Source of the DNA: Eledone cirrhosa
Lineage: Eukaryota
Length of the DNA stretch: 64,000 nucleotides
NCBI GenBank assembly: GCA_964016885.1
Contig: OZ024740.1
Location: 318,680,001-318,744,000 of the forward strand
Direction of reading: 5' to 3'
Below the pieces are notes generated by a model that saw only the letters and a program-made list of their open reading frames with translations, had not been told where the DNA came from and searched no databases. Below, piece by piece: positions 29,516 through 43,900 of the stretch. Position numbers and translations under genes: made by a program. Numbering within the stretch: position 1 is the first letter of the stretch; each line of letters starts with the position of its first letter.

Positions 29516-32500
29516 ATTTCCACAACTTACGTTCTATGTGACATTCTAATGACTCTACCAATTCGAAGTCTTTGTACTACAATACTAACAACAAATAATG
29601 CAGGATTGTCTCGTCTATTTCCACAACTTACATTCTATCTGACATTCTAACGACTCTACGAATTCGAAGTCTTTCTACTACAATACTCACAACAAATAAT
29701 CCAGGATTGTCTCGTCTATTTCCACAACTTACATTCTATCTGACATTCTAACGACTCTACCCATTCGCTCTATTTCTACTACAATACTAACTTCAAATAA
29801 TCCAGGATTGTCTCGTCTTCTTCCACAACTTACATTGTATCTGATATTCTAACGACTCTACCAATTCGAAGTGTTTCTACTACAAGACTCACAACAAATA
29901 ATCCAGGATTGTCCCGTCTATTTCCACAACTTACATTCTATCTGACATTTTAACGACTCTACCAATTCGAAGTCTTTCTACTACAATATTAACGTCAAAT
30001 AATCCAGGATTGTCTCCTCTATTTCCACAACTTACATTCTACCTGACATTCTAACGACTCTACCAATTCTCTGTATTTCTACTACAATACTAACTTTAAA
30101 CAATCCAGGATTGTCTCCTCTATTTCCACAACTTACATTCTATCTGACATTCTAACGACTCTACCAATTCGATGTCTTTCTACTACAATACTCACAACAA
30201 ATAATCCAGGATTGTATCGTCTATTTCTACGACTTACATTCTATCTGACATTCTAACGACTCTACCAATTCGGAGTCATTCTGCTACAATACTCACAACA
30301 AATAATCCAGGATTGCCTTGTCTATTTCCACACCTTACATTCTATCTGACATTCTAACGACTCTACCAATTCGCTGTATTTCTACTACAATACTAACTTC
30401 AAATAATCCCGGATTGTCTCGACTATTTCCACAACTTACATTCTATTTGATATTCTAACGACTCTACCAATTTGAAGTATTTCTACTACAATACTAACAA
30501 CAAATAATCCAGGATTTCCCGTCTATTTCCACAACTTACATTCTATCTGACATTCGAACGACTCTACCAATTCGAAGTCTTTCTACTACAATACTCACAT
30601 CAAATAATCCTGGATTGTCTCGTCTATTTCCACACCTTACATTCTATCTCAGTTTCTAACGAGTCTACCAATTCGCTGTATTTCTACTACAATACTCACA
30701 ACAAATAATCCAGGATTGTATCGTCTATTTCTACGACTTACATTCTATCTGACATACTAACGACTCTACCAATTCGAAGTCTTTCTACTACAATACTAAC
30801 TTTAAACAATCCATGATTGTCTCCTCTATTTCCACAACTTACATTCTTTCTGACATTCTAACAACACTACCAATTCGCTGTATTTTTACTACAATACTAA
30901 CTTCAAATAATCCCGGATTGTCTCATCTACTTCCACAACTTACATTCTATCTGATATTCGAACGACTCTACCAATTCGAAGTCTTTCTACTACAATACTC
31001 ACAACAAATATTCCAGGATTGTCTCCTCTATTTCCACAACTTACCTTCCATCTGACATTCTAACGACTCTACCAATTCGAAGTCTTTGTACTACAATACT
31101 AACAACAAATAATGCAGGATTGTCTCGTCTAGTTCCACAACTTACATTCTATCTGACATTCTAACGACTCTACGAATTCGAAGTCTTTCTACTACAATAC
31201 TCACAACAAATAATCCAGGATTGTCTCGTCTATTTCCACAACTTACATTCTATCTGACATTCAAACGACTCTATCAATTCGAAGTCTTTCTACTACAATA
31301 CTAACGTCAAATAATCCAGGATTGTCTCCTCTATTTCCACAACTTACATTCTATCTGACATTCTAACGACTCTACCAATTCGATGTCTTTCTACTACAAT
31401 ACTCACAACAAATAATCCAGGATTGTATCGTCTATTTCTACGACTTACATTCTATCTGACATTCTAACGACTCTACCAATTCGGAGTCTTTCTGGTACAA
31501 TACTCACAACAAATAATCCAGGATTGCCTTGTCTATTTCCACACCTTACATTCTATCTGACATTCTAACGACTCTACCAATTCTCTGTATTTCTACTACA
31601 ATACTAACTTCAAATAATCGAGGATTGTCTCGTCTATTTCCACAACTTACATTCTATCTGACATTCTAACGACTCTACCAATTCGAAGTGTTTCTACTAC
31701 AATACTCACAACAAATAATCCAGGATTGCCTTGTCTATTTCCACACTTTACATTCTATCTGACATTCTAACGACTCTACCAATTCTCTGTATTTCTACTA
31801 CAATACTAACTTCAAATAATCCAGGATTGTCTCGTCTACTTCCACAACTTACATTGTATCTGATATTCTAACGACGCTACCAATTCGAAGTCTTTCTACT
31901 ACAATACTCACAACAAATATTCCAGGATTGTCTCGTCTATTTCCACAACTTACATTCTATCTGACATTCTAATGACTCTACCAATTCGCTGTCTTTCTAC
32001 TACAATACTCACAACAAATAATCCAGGATTGTCCCGTCTATTTCCACAACTTACATTCTATCTGACATTTTAACGACTCTACCAATTCGAAGTCTTTCTA
32101 CTACAATATTAACGTCAAATAATCCAGGATTGTCTCCTCTATTTCCACAACTTACATTATACCTGACATTCTAACGACTCTACCAATTCTCTGTATTTCT
32201 GCTACAATACTAACTTTAAACAATCCAGGATTGTCTCCTCTATTTCCACAACTTACATTCTATCTGACATTCTAACGACTCTACCAATTCGATGTCTTTC
32301 TACTACAATACTCACAACAAATAATCCAGGATTGTATCGTCTATTTCTACGACTTACATTCTATCTGACATTCTAACGACTCTACCAATTCGGAGTCTTT
32401 CTGCTACAATACTCACAACAAATAATCCAGGATTGCCTTGTCTATTTCCACACCTTACATTCTATCTGACATTCTAACGACTCTACCAATTCTCTGTATT

Positions 32501-35500
32501 TCTACTACAATACTAACTTCAAATAATCGAGGATTGTCTCGTCTATTTCCACAACTTACATTCTATCTGATATTCTAACGACTCTACCAATTCGAAGTCT
32601 TTTTACTACAATACTAACTTTAAACAATCCAGGATTGTCTCCTCTATTTCCACAACTTACATTCTATCTGACATTCGAACGACTCTACCAATTCGAAGTC
32701 TTTCTACTACAATACTCACATCAAATAATCCTGGATTGTCTCGTCTATTTCCACACCTTACATTCTATCTCAGTTTCTAACGAGTCTACCAATTCGCTGT
32801 ATTTCTACTACAATACTCACAACAAATAATCCAGGATTGTATCGTCTATTTTTACGACTTACATTCTATCTGACATACTAACGACTCTACCAATTCGAAG
32901 TCTTTCTACTACAATACTAACTTTAAACAATCCATGATTGTCTCCTCTATTTCCACAACTTACATTCTATCTGACATTCTAATGACTCTACCAATTCGAA
33001 GTCTTTCTACTACAATACTCACAACAAATAATCCAGGATTGTATCGTCTATTTCCACAACTTACATTCTTTCAGACATTCTAACTACTCTACCAATTCGC
33101 TGTATTTTTACTACAATACTAACTTCAAATAATCCCGGATTGTCTCATCTACTTCCACAACTTACATTCTATCTGATATTCGAACGACTCTACCAATTCG
33201 AAGTCTTTCTACTACAATACTCACAACAAATAATCCAGGATTGTCTCGTCAATTTCCACAACTTACGTTCTATGTAACATTCTAACGACTCTACCAATTC
33301 GAAGTCTTTCTACTACAATACTCACAACAAATAATCCAGGATTGCCTCGTCTATTTCCACAACTTACGTTCTATGTGACATTCTAATGACTCTACCAATT
33401 CGAAGTCTTTGTACTACAATACTAACAACAAATAATGCAGGATTGTCTCGTCTATTTCCACAACTTACATTCTATCTGACATTCTAACGACTCTACGAAT
33501 TCGAAGTCTTTCTACTACAATACTCACAACAAATAATCCAGGATTGTCTCGTCTATTTCCACAACTTACATTCTATCTGACATTCAAACGACTCTACCAA
33601 TTCGAAGTGTTTCTACTACAATACTCACAACAAATAATCCAGGATTGTCTCATCTGTTTCCGCACCTTACATTCTATCTGACATTCTAACGACTCTACCC
33701 ATTCGCTCTATTTCTACTACAATACTAACTTCAAATAATCCAGGATTGTCTCGTCTTCTTCACAACTTACATTGTATCTGATATTCTAACGACTCTACCA
33801 ATTCGAAGTCTTTCTACTACAATACTCACAACAAATAATCCAGGATTGTCTCGTCTATTTCCACAACTTACATTCTATCTGACATTCTAATGACTCTACC
33901 AATTCGCTGTCTTTCTACTACAATACTCACAACAAATAATCCAGGATTGTCCCGTCTATTTCCACAACTTACATTCTATCTGACATTTTAACGACTCTAC
34001 CAATTCGAAGTCTTTCTACTACAATATTAACGTCAAATAATCCAGGATTGTCTCCTCTATTTCCACAACTTACATTCTACCTGACATTCTAACGACTCTA
34101 CCAATTCTCTGTATTTCTACTACAATACTAACTTTAATCAATCCAGGATTGTCTCCTCTATTTCCACAACTTACATTCTATCTGACATTCTAACGACTCT
34201 ACCAATTCGATGTCTTTCTACTACAATACTCACAACAAATAATCCAGGATTGTATCGTCTATTTCTACGACTTACATTCTATCTGACATTCTAACGACTC
34301 TACCAATTCGGAGTCTTTCTGCTACAATACTCACAACAAATAATCCAGGATTGCCTTGTCTATTTCCACACCTTACATTCTATCTGACATTCTAACGACT
34401 CTACCAATTCTCTGTATTTCTACTACAATACTAACTTCAAATAATCGAGGATTGTCTCGTCTATTTCCACAACTTACATTCTATCTGATATTCTAACGAC
34501 TCTACCAATTCGAAGTCTTTCTACTACAATACTCACAACAAATAATCCAGGATTGTCTCGTCTATTTCCACAACTTACGTTCTATGTGACATTCTAATGA
34601 CTCTACCAATTCGAAGTCTTTGTACTACAATACTAACAACAAATAATGCAGGATTGTCTCGTCTATTTCCACAACTTACATTCTATCTGACATTCTAACG
34701 ACTCTACGAATTCGAAGTCTTTCTACTACAATACTCACAACAAATAATCCAGGATTGTCTCGTCTATTTCCACAACTTACATTCTATCTGACATTCAAAC
34801 GACTCTACCAATTCGAAGTGTTTCTACTACAATACTCACAACAAATAATCCAGGATTGTCTCATCTATTTCCGCACCTTACATTCTATCTGACATTCTAA
34901 CGACTCTACCCATTCGCTCTATTTCTACTACAATACTAACTTCAAATAATCCAGGATTGTCTCGTCTTCTTCCACAACTTACATTGTATCTGATATTCTA
35001 ACGACTCTACCAATTCGAAGTCTTTCTACTACAATACTCACAACAAATAATCCAGGATTGTCTCGTCTATTTCCACAACTTACATACTATCTGACATTCT
35101 AATGACTCTACCAATTCGCTGTCTTTCTACTACAATACTCACAACAAATAATCCAGGATTGTCCCGTCTATTTCCACAACTTACATTCTATCTGACATTT
35201 TAACGACTCTACCAATTCGAAGTCTTTCTACTACAATATTAACGTCAAATAATCCAGGATTGTCTCCTCTATTTCCACAACTTACATTCTACCTGACATT
35301 CTAACGACTCTACCAATTCTCTGTATTTCTACTACAATACTAACTTTAAACAATCCAGGATTGTCTCCTCTATTTCCACAACTTACATTCTATCTGACAT
35401 TCTAACGACTCTACCAATTAGATGTCTTTCTACTACAATACTCACAACAAATAATCCAGGATTGTATCGTCTATTTCTACGACTTACATTCTATCTGACA

Positions 35501-37880
35501 TTCTAACGACTCTACCAATTCGGAGTCTTTCTGCTACAATACTCACAACAAATAATCCAGGATTGCCTTGTCTATTTCCACACCTTACATTCTATCTGAC
35601 ATTCTAACGACTCTACCAATTCGCTGTATTTCTACTACAATACTAACTTCAAATAATCCCGGATTGTCTCGACTATTTCCACAACTTACATTCTATTTGA
35701 TATTCTAACGACTCTACCAATTTGAAGTATTTCTACTACAATACTAACAACAAATAATCCAGGATTTCCCGTCTATTTCCACAACTTACATTCTATCTGA
35801 CATTCGAACGACTCTACCAATTCGAAGTCTTTCTACTACAATACTCACATCAAATAATCCTGGATTGTCTCGTCTATTTCCACACCTTACATTCTATCTC
35901 AGTTTCTAACGAGTCTACCAATTCGCTGTATTTCTACTACAATACTCACAACAAATAATCCAGGATTGTATCGTCTATTTCTACGACTTACATTCTATCT
36001 GACATACTAACGACTCTACCAATTCGAAGTCTTTCTACTACAATACTAACTTTAAACAATCCATGATTGTCTCCTCTATTTCCACAACTTACATTCTTTC
36101 TGACATTCTAACAACACTACCAATTCGCTGTATTTTTACTACAATACTAACTTCAAATAATCCCGGATTGTCTCATCTACTTCCACAACTTACATTCTAT
36201 CTGATATTCGAACGACTCTACCAATTCGAAGTCTTTCTACTACAATACTCACAACAAATAATCCAGGATTGTCTCGTCTATTTCCACAACTTACGTTCTA
36301 TGTGACATTCTAATGACTCTACCAATTCGAAGTCTTTGTACTACAATACTAACAGCAAATAATGCAGGATTGTCTCCTCTAGTTCCACAACTTACATTCT
36401 ATCTGACATTCTAACGACTCTACGAATTCGAAGTCTTTATACTACAATACTCACAACAAATAATCCAGGATTGTCTCGTCTATTTCCACAACTTACATTC
36501 TATCTGACATTCAAACGACTCTATCAATTCGAAGTCTTTCTACTACAATACTAACGTAAAATAATCCAGGATTGTCTCCTCTATTTCCACAACTTACATT
36601 CTATCTGACATTCTAACGACTCTACCAATTCGATATCTTTCTACTACAATACTCACAACAAATAATCCAGGATTGTATCGTCTATTTCTACGACTTACAT
36701 TCTATCTGACATTCTAACGACTCTACCAATTCGGAGTCTTTCTGCTACAATACTCACAACAAATAATCCAGGATTGCCTTGTCTATTTCCACACCTTACA
36801 TTCTATCTGACATTCTAACGACTCTACCAATTCTCTGTATTTCTACTACAATACTAACTTCAAATAATCGAGGATTGTCTCGTCTATTTCCACAACTTAC
36901 ATTCTATCTGACATTCTAACGACTCTACCAATTCGAAGTGTTTCTACTACAATACTCACAACAAATAATCCAGGATTGCCTTGTCTATTTCCACACCTTA
37001 CATTCTATCTGACATTCTAACGACTCTACCAATTCTCTGTATTTCTACTACAATACTAACTTCAAATAATCCAGGATTGTCTCGTCTACTTCCACAACTT
37101 ACATTGTATCTGATATTCTAACGACTCTACCAATTCGAAGTATTTCTACTACAATACTCACAACAAATAATCCAGGATTGCCTTGTCTATTTCCACACCT
37201 TACATTCTATCTGACATTCTAACGACTCTACCAATTCTCTGTATTTCTACTACAATACTAACTTCAAATAATCGAGGATTGTCTCGTCTATTTCCACAAC
37301 TTACATTCTATCTGATATTCTAACGACTCTACCAATTCGAAGTCTTTCTACTACAATATTAACGTCAAATAATCCAGGATTGTCTCCTCTATTTCCACAA
37401 CTTACATTCTACCTGACATTCTAACGACTCTACCAATTCTCTGTATTTCTACTACAATACTAACTTTAAACAATCCAGGATTGTCTCCTCTATTTCCACA
37501 ACTTACATTCTATCTGACATTCTAACGACTCTACCAATTCGATGTCTTTCTACTACAATACTCACAACAAATAATCCAGGATTGTATCGTCTATTTCTAC
37601 GACTTACATTCTATCTGACATTCCAACGACTCTACCAATTCGGAGTCTTTCTGCTACAATACTCACAACAAATAATCCAGGATTGCCTTGTCTATTTCCA
37701 CACCTTACATTCTATCTGACATTCTAACGACTCTACCAATTCTCTGTATTTCTACTACAATACTAACTTCAAATAATCGAGGATTGTCTCGTCTATTTCC
37801 ACAACTTACATTCTATCTGATATTCTAACGACTCTACCAATTCGAAGTCTTTCTACTACAATACTAACTTTAAACAATCC
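29059..37880. repeat. 5250-bp (52-monomer) super-period in domain B, about 1.7 copies
   Basis: AGGATTTCCC 30511/35761, ORFs 30813/36063, and CGGAGTC 29059/34309, 30271/35521, 31482/36732 and 32391/37641 are all offset by 5250 (52x101-2). Confidence 0.85.
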
Positions 37881-37900
37881 AGGATTGTCTCCTCTATTTC

Positions 37901-40900
37901 CACAACTTACATTCGATCTGACATTCTAACAACTCTAACAATTCGACGTCCTTCTACTACAATACTCACAACAAATAATCCAGAATTGTATCGGCTATTT
38001 CCACAACTTACATTCTATCTGACATTCTAACGACTTTACCAATTCGCTGTATTTCTACTACAATACTAACCTCAAATAATCCAGGATTGTCTCATCTATT
38101 TCCACAACTTACATTCTATCTGATATTCGAACGACTCTACCAATTCGAAGTCTTTCTACTACAATACTCACAACAAATAATCCAGGATTGTCTCGTCTAT
38201 TTCCACAACTTACATTCTATCTGACATTCAAACGACTCTATCAATTCGAAGTCTTTCTACTACAATACTAACGTCAAATAATCCAGGATTGTCTCGTCCA
38301 TTTCCACAACTTACATTCTATCTGACATTCTAACGACTCTACCAATTCGAAGTCTATCTATTACAATACTAACAACAAATAATCTAGGATTGTCTCGTCT
38401 ATTTCCACAACTTACATTCTATCTGACATTCTAACGACTCTACCAATTTGAAGTCTTTCTACTACCATACTCACAACAAATAATCCAGGATTGTCTCATC
38501 TATTTCCACACCTTACATTCTATCTGACATTCTAACGACTCTACCCATTCGCTGTATTTCTACTACAATACTAACTTCAAATAATCCAGTATTGTCTCGT
38601 CTATCTCCACACCTTACATTCTATCTGACATTCTAACGACTCTACCAATTCGAAGTCTTTCTACTAGAATACTCACAACAAATAATCCAGGATTGTCTTA
38701 TCTATTTCCACAACTTACATTCTATCTGATATTCGAACGACTCTACAAATTCGAAGTCTTTGTACTACAATACTAACAACAAATAATGCAGGATTGTCTC
38801 GTCTAGTTCCACAACTTACATTCTATCTGACATTCTAACGACTCTACGAATTCGAAGTCTTTCTACTACAATACTCACAACAAATAATCCAGGATTGTCT
38901 CGTCTATTTCCACAACTTACATTCTAACTGACATTTTAACGACTCTACCAATTCGAATTCTTTCTACTACGATACTAACTTTAAATAATCCAGGATTGTC
39001 TCCTCTATTTCCACAACTTACATTCTATCTGACATTCTAACGACTCTACCAATTCGATGTCTTTCTACTACAATACTCACAACAAATAATCCAGGATTGT
39101 CTCGTCTATCTCCAAACCTTACATTCTATCTGACATTCTAACGACTCTACCAGTTCGCTGTATTTCTACTACAATACTAACTTCAAATAATCCAGGATTG
39201 TCTCGTCTATTTCCACAACTTACATTCTATCTGATATTCTAACGACTCTACCCATTCGCTGTATTTCTACTACAATACTAACTTTAAATAATCCATATTG
39301 TCTCGTCTATTTCCACAACTTACATTCTATCTGACATTCAAACGACTTTATCAATTCGAAGTCTTTCTACTAGAATACTAACGTCAAATAATCCAGGATT
39401 GTCTCGTCTATTTCCACAACTTACTTTCTATCTGACATTCTAACGACTCTACCAATTCGAAGTCTTTCTACTACAATACTCACAACAAATATTCCAGGAT
39501 TGTCTGGTCTATTTCCACAACTTACATTCTATCTGACATTCTAACGACTCTACCAATTCGAAGTCTTTCTACTACAATACGAACTTTAAATAATCCAGGA
39601 TTGTCTCCTCTATTTCCACAACTTACATATTATCTGACATTCTAACGACTCTACCAATTCGATGTCTTTCTACTACAATACTCACAACGAATAAACCAGG
39701 ATTGTCTCGTCTATTTCCACAACTTACATTCTATCTGACATGCTAACGACTCTACCAATTCGCTGTATTTCTACTACAATACTAACTTCAAATAATCCAG
39801 GATTGTCTTATCTATTTCCACAACTTACATTCTATCTGATATTCGAAAGACTCTACCAATTCGAAGTCTTTTTACTACAATACTAACGTCAAATAATCCA
39901 GGATTGTCTCGTCTATTTCCACAACTTACTTTCTATCTGACATTCTAACGACTTTACCAATTCGAAGTCTTTCTACTACATTACTCACAACAAATATTCC
40001 AGGATTGTCTGGTCTATTTCCACAACTTACATTCTATCTGATATTCGAAAGACTCTACCAATTCGATGTCTTTCTACTACAATACTCACAACACATAATC
40101 CAGGATTGTATAGTCTATTTCTACAACTTACATTCTATCTGACATTCTAACGACTCTACCAATTCGAAGTCTTTCTGCTACAATAATCACAACAAATAAT
40201 CCAGCATTGTCTCGTCTATTTCCACAAGTCACATTCTATCTGACATTTTAACGACTCTACCAATTCGAAGTCTATCTATTACAATACTAACAACAAATAA
40301 TCTAGGATTGTCTCGTCTATTTCCACAACTTACATTCTATCTGACATTCTAACGACTCTACCAATTCGAAGTCTATCTATTACAATACTAACAACAAATA
40401 ATCTAGGATTGTCTCGTCGACATCCACAACTTACATTGTATTTGATATTCTAACGACTCTACCAATTCGAAGTCTTTCTACTACAATACTCACAACAAAT
40501 AATCCAGGATTGTCTCGTCTATTTCCACAACGTACATTCTATCTGACATTCTAACGACTCTACCAATTCGCTGTATTTATGCTACAATACAAACGTCAAA
40601 TAATCCAGGATTGTCTCGTCCATTTCCACAACTTACATTCTATCTGACATTCTGACGACTCTACCAATTCGAAGTCTATCTATTACAATACTAACAACAA
40701 ATAATCTAGGATTGTCTCGTCTATTTCTACAACTTACATACTATCTGACATTCAAACGACTCTACCAGTTCGCTGTATTTCTACTACAATACTAACTTCA
40801 AATAATCCATGATTGTCACGTCTATCTCCACACCTTACATTCTATCTGACATTCTAACGACTCTACCAGTTCGCTGTATTTCTACTACAATACTCACAAC

Positions 40901-43900
40901 AAATAATCCAGGATTGTCTCGTCTATTTCCACAACTTACATTCTTTCTGACATTCTAATGACTCTACCAATTCGCTGTCTTTCTACTACAATACTCACAA
41001 CAAATAATCCAGGATTGTCTCGTCTATTTCCACAACTTACATTCTATCTGACATTCTAACGACTCTACCAATTCGAATTCTTTCTACTACAATACTAACT
41101 TTAAATAATCCAGGATTGTCTCCTCTATTTCCACAACTTACATATTATCTGAAATTCTAACGACTCTACCAATTCGATGTCTTTCTACTACAATACTCAC
41201 AACAAATAATCCAGGATTGTATAGTCTATTTCTACAACTTACATTCTATCTGACATTCTAACGACTCTACCAATTCGAAGTCTTTCTACTACAATACTAA
41301 CGTCAAATAATCCAGGATTGTCTCGTCCATTTCCACAACTTACATTCTATCTGACATTCTAACGACTCTACCAATTCGAAGTCTATCTATTACAATACTA
41401 ACAACAAATAATCTAGGATTGTCTCGTCTATTTCCACAACTTACATTCTAACTGACATTTTAACGACTCTACCAATTCGAATTCTTTCTACTACAATACT
41501 AACTTTAAATAATCCAGGATTGTCTTCTCTATTTCCACAACTTACATTCTATCTGACATTCTAACGACTCTACCAATTCGATGTCTTTCTACTACAATAC
41601 TCACAACAAATAATCCAGGATTGTCTCGTCTATCTCCAAACCTTACATTCTATCTGACATTCTAACGACTCTACCAGTTCGCTGTATTTCTACTACAATA
41701 CTAACTTCAAATAATCCAGGATTGTCTCGTCTATTTCCACAACTTACATTCTATCTGATATTCTAACGACTCTACCCATTCGCTGTATTTCTACTACAAT
41801 ACTAACTTTAAATAATCCATATTGTCTCGTCTATTTCCACAACTTACATTCTATCTGACATACTAACGACTCTACCAATTCGCTGTATTTCTACTACAAT
41901 ACTAACTTCAAATAATCCAGGTTTGTCTTATCTATTTCCACAACTTACATTCTATCTGATATTCGAAAGACTCTACCAATTCGAAGTCTTTCTACTACAT
42001 TACTCACAACAAATATTCCAGGATTGTCTCGTCTATTTCCACAACTTACATTCTATCTGACATTCTAACGACTCTACCAATTCGAAGTCTTTCTACTACA
42101 ATACTAAGTTTAAATAATCCAGGATTGTCTCCTCTATTTCCACAACTTACATATTATCTGAAATTCTAACGACTCTACCAATTCGAAGTCTTTCTGCTAC
42201 AATAATCACAACAAATAATCCAGCATTGTCTCGTCTATTTCCACAACTCACATTCTATCTGACATTTTAACGACTCTATCAAATCGAAGTCTTTCTACTA
42301 CAATACTAACGTCAAATAATCCAGGATTGTCTCGTCCATTTCCACAACCTACATTCTATCTGACATTCTAACGACTCTACCAATTCGAAGTCTATCTATT
42401 ACAATACTAACAACAAATAATCTAGGATTGTCTCGTCTATTTCCACAACTTACATTCTATCTGACATTCTAACGACTCTACCCATTCGCTCTATTTCTAC
42501 TACAATACTAACTTCAAATAATCCAGGATTGTCTCGTCGACATCCACAACTTACATTGTATTTGATATTCTAACGACTCTACCAATTCGAAGTCTTTCTA
42601 CTACAATACTCACAACAAATAATCCAGGATTGTCTCGTCTATTTCCACAACTTACATTCTATCTGACATTTTAACGACTCTACCAATTGGAAGTCTTTCT
42701 ACTACAATACTAACGTCAAATAATCCAGGATTGTCTCCACTATTTCCACAACTTACATTCTACCTGACATTCTAACGACTCTACCAATTCGATGTCTTTC
42801 TACTACAATACTCACAACAGATAATCCAGGATTGTACCGTCTATTTCTACAACGTACATTCTATCTGACATTCTAACAACTCTACCAATTCGCTGTATTT
42901 ATGCTACAATACTAACGTCAAATAATCCAGGATTGTCTCGTCCATTTCCACAACTTACATTCTATCTGACATTCTGACGACTCTACCAATTCGAAGTCTA
43001 TCTATTACAATACTAACAACAAATAATCTAGGATTGTCTCGTCTATTTCCACAACTTACATACTATCTGACATTCAAACGACTCTACCAGTTCGCTGTAT
43101 TTCTACTACAATACTAACTTCAAATAATCCATGATTGTCACGTCTATCTCCACACCTTACATTCTATCTGACATTCTAACGACTCTACCCATTCGCTGTA
43201 TTTCTACTACAATACTAACTTCAAATAATCCATGATTGTCACGTCTATCTCCACACCTTACATTCTATCTGACATTCTAACGACTCTACCAATTCGAAGT
43301 CTTTCTACTACAATACTAACGTCAAATAATCCAGGATTGTCTCGTCCATTTCCACAACTTACATTCTATCTGACATTCTAACGACTCTACCAATTCGAAG
43401 TCAATCTATTACAATACTAACAACAAATAATCCATGATTGTCACGTCTATCTCCACACCTTACATTCTATCTGACATTCTAACGACTCTACCAATTCGAA
43501 GTCTTTCTACTACAATACTAACGTCAAATAATCCAGGATTGTCTCGTCCATTTCCACAACTTACATTCTAACTGACATTTTAACGACTCTACCAATTCGA
43601 ATTCTTTCTACTACAATACTAACTTTAAATAATCCAGGATTGTCTTCTCTATTTCCACAACTTACATTCTATCTGACATTCTAACGACTCTACCAATTCG
43701 ATGTCTTTCTACTACAATACTCACAACAAATAATCCAGGATTGTCTCGTCTATCTCCAAACCTTACATTCTATCTGACATTCTAACGACTCTACCAGTTC
43801 GCTGTATTTCTACTACAATACTAACTTCAAATAATCCAGGATTGTCTCGTCTATTTCCACAACTTACATTCTATCTGACATACTAACGACTCTACCAATT

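Larger units (their letters stand above)
25201..37900. repeat. HOR domain B: built from 9- and 12-monomer sub-units
   Basis: Domain-specific variants CGGAGTC, TTGCCTTG, AATTCTCTGT, ATCGAGG, TTACGTTCTATGTG. CGGAGTC at 26342, 27251, 28150, 29059, 30271, 31482, 32391, 34309, 35521, 36732, 37641. Spacings are 909,899,909,1212,1211,909,1918,1212,1211,909. Confidence 0.9.
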
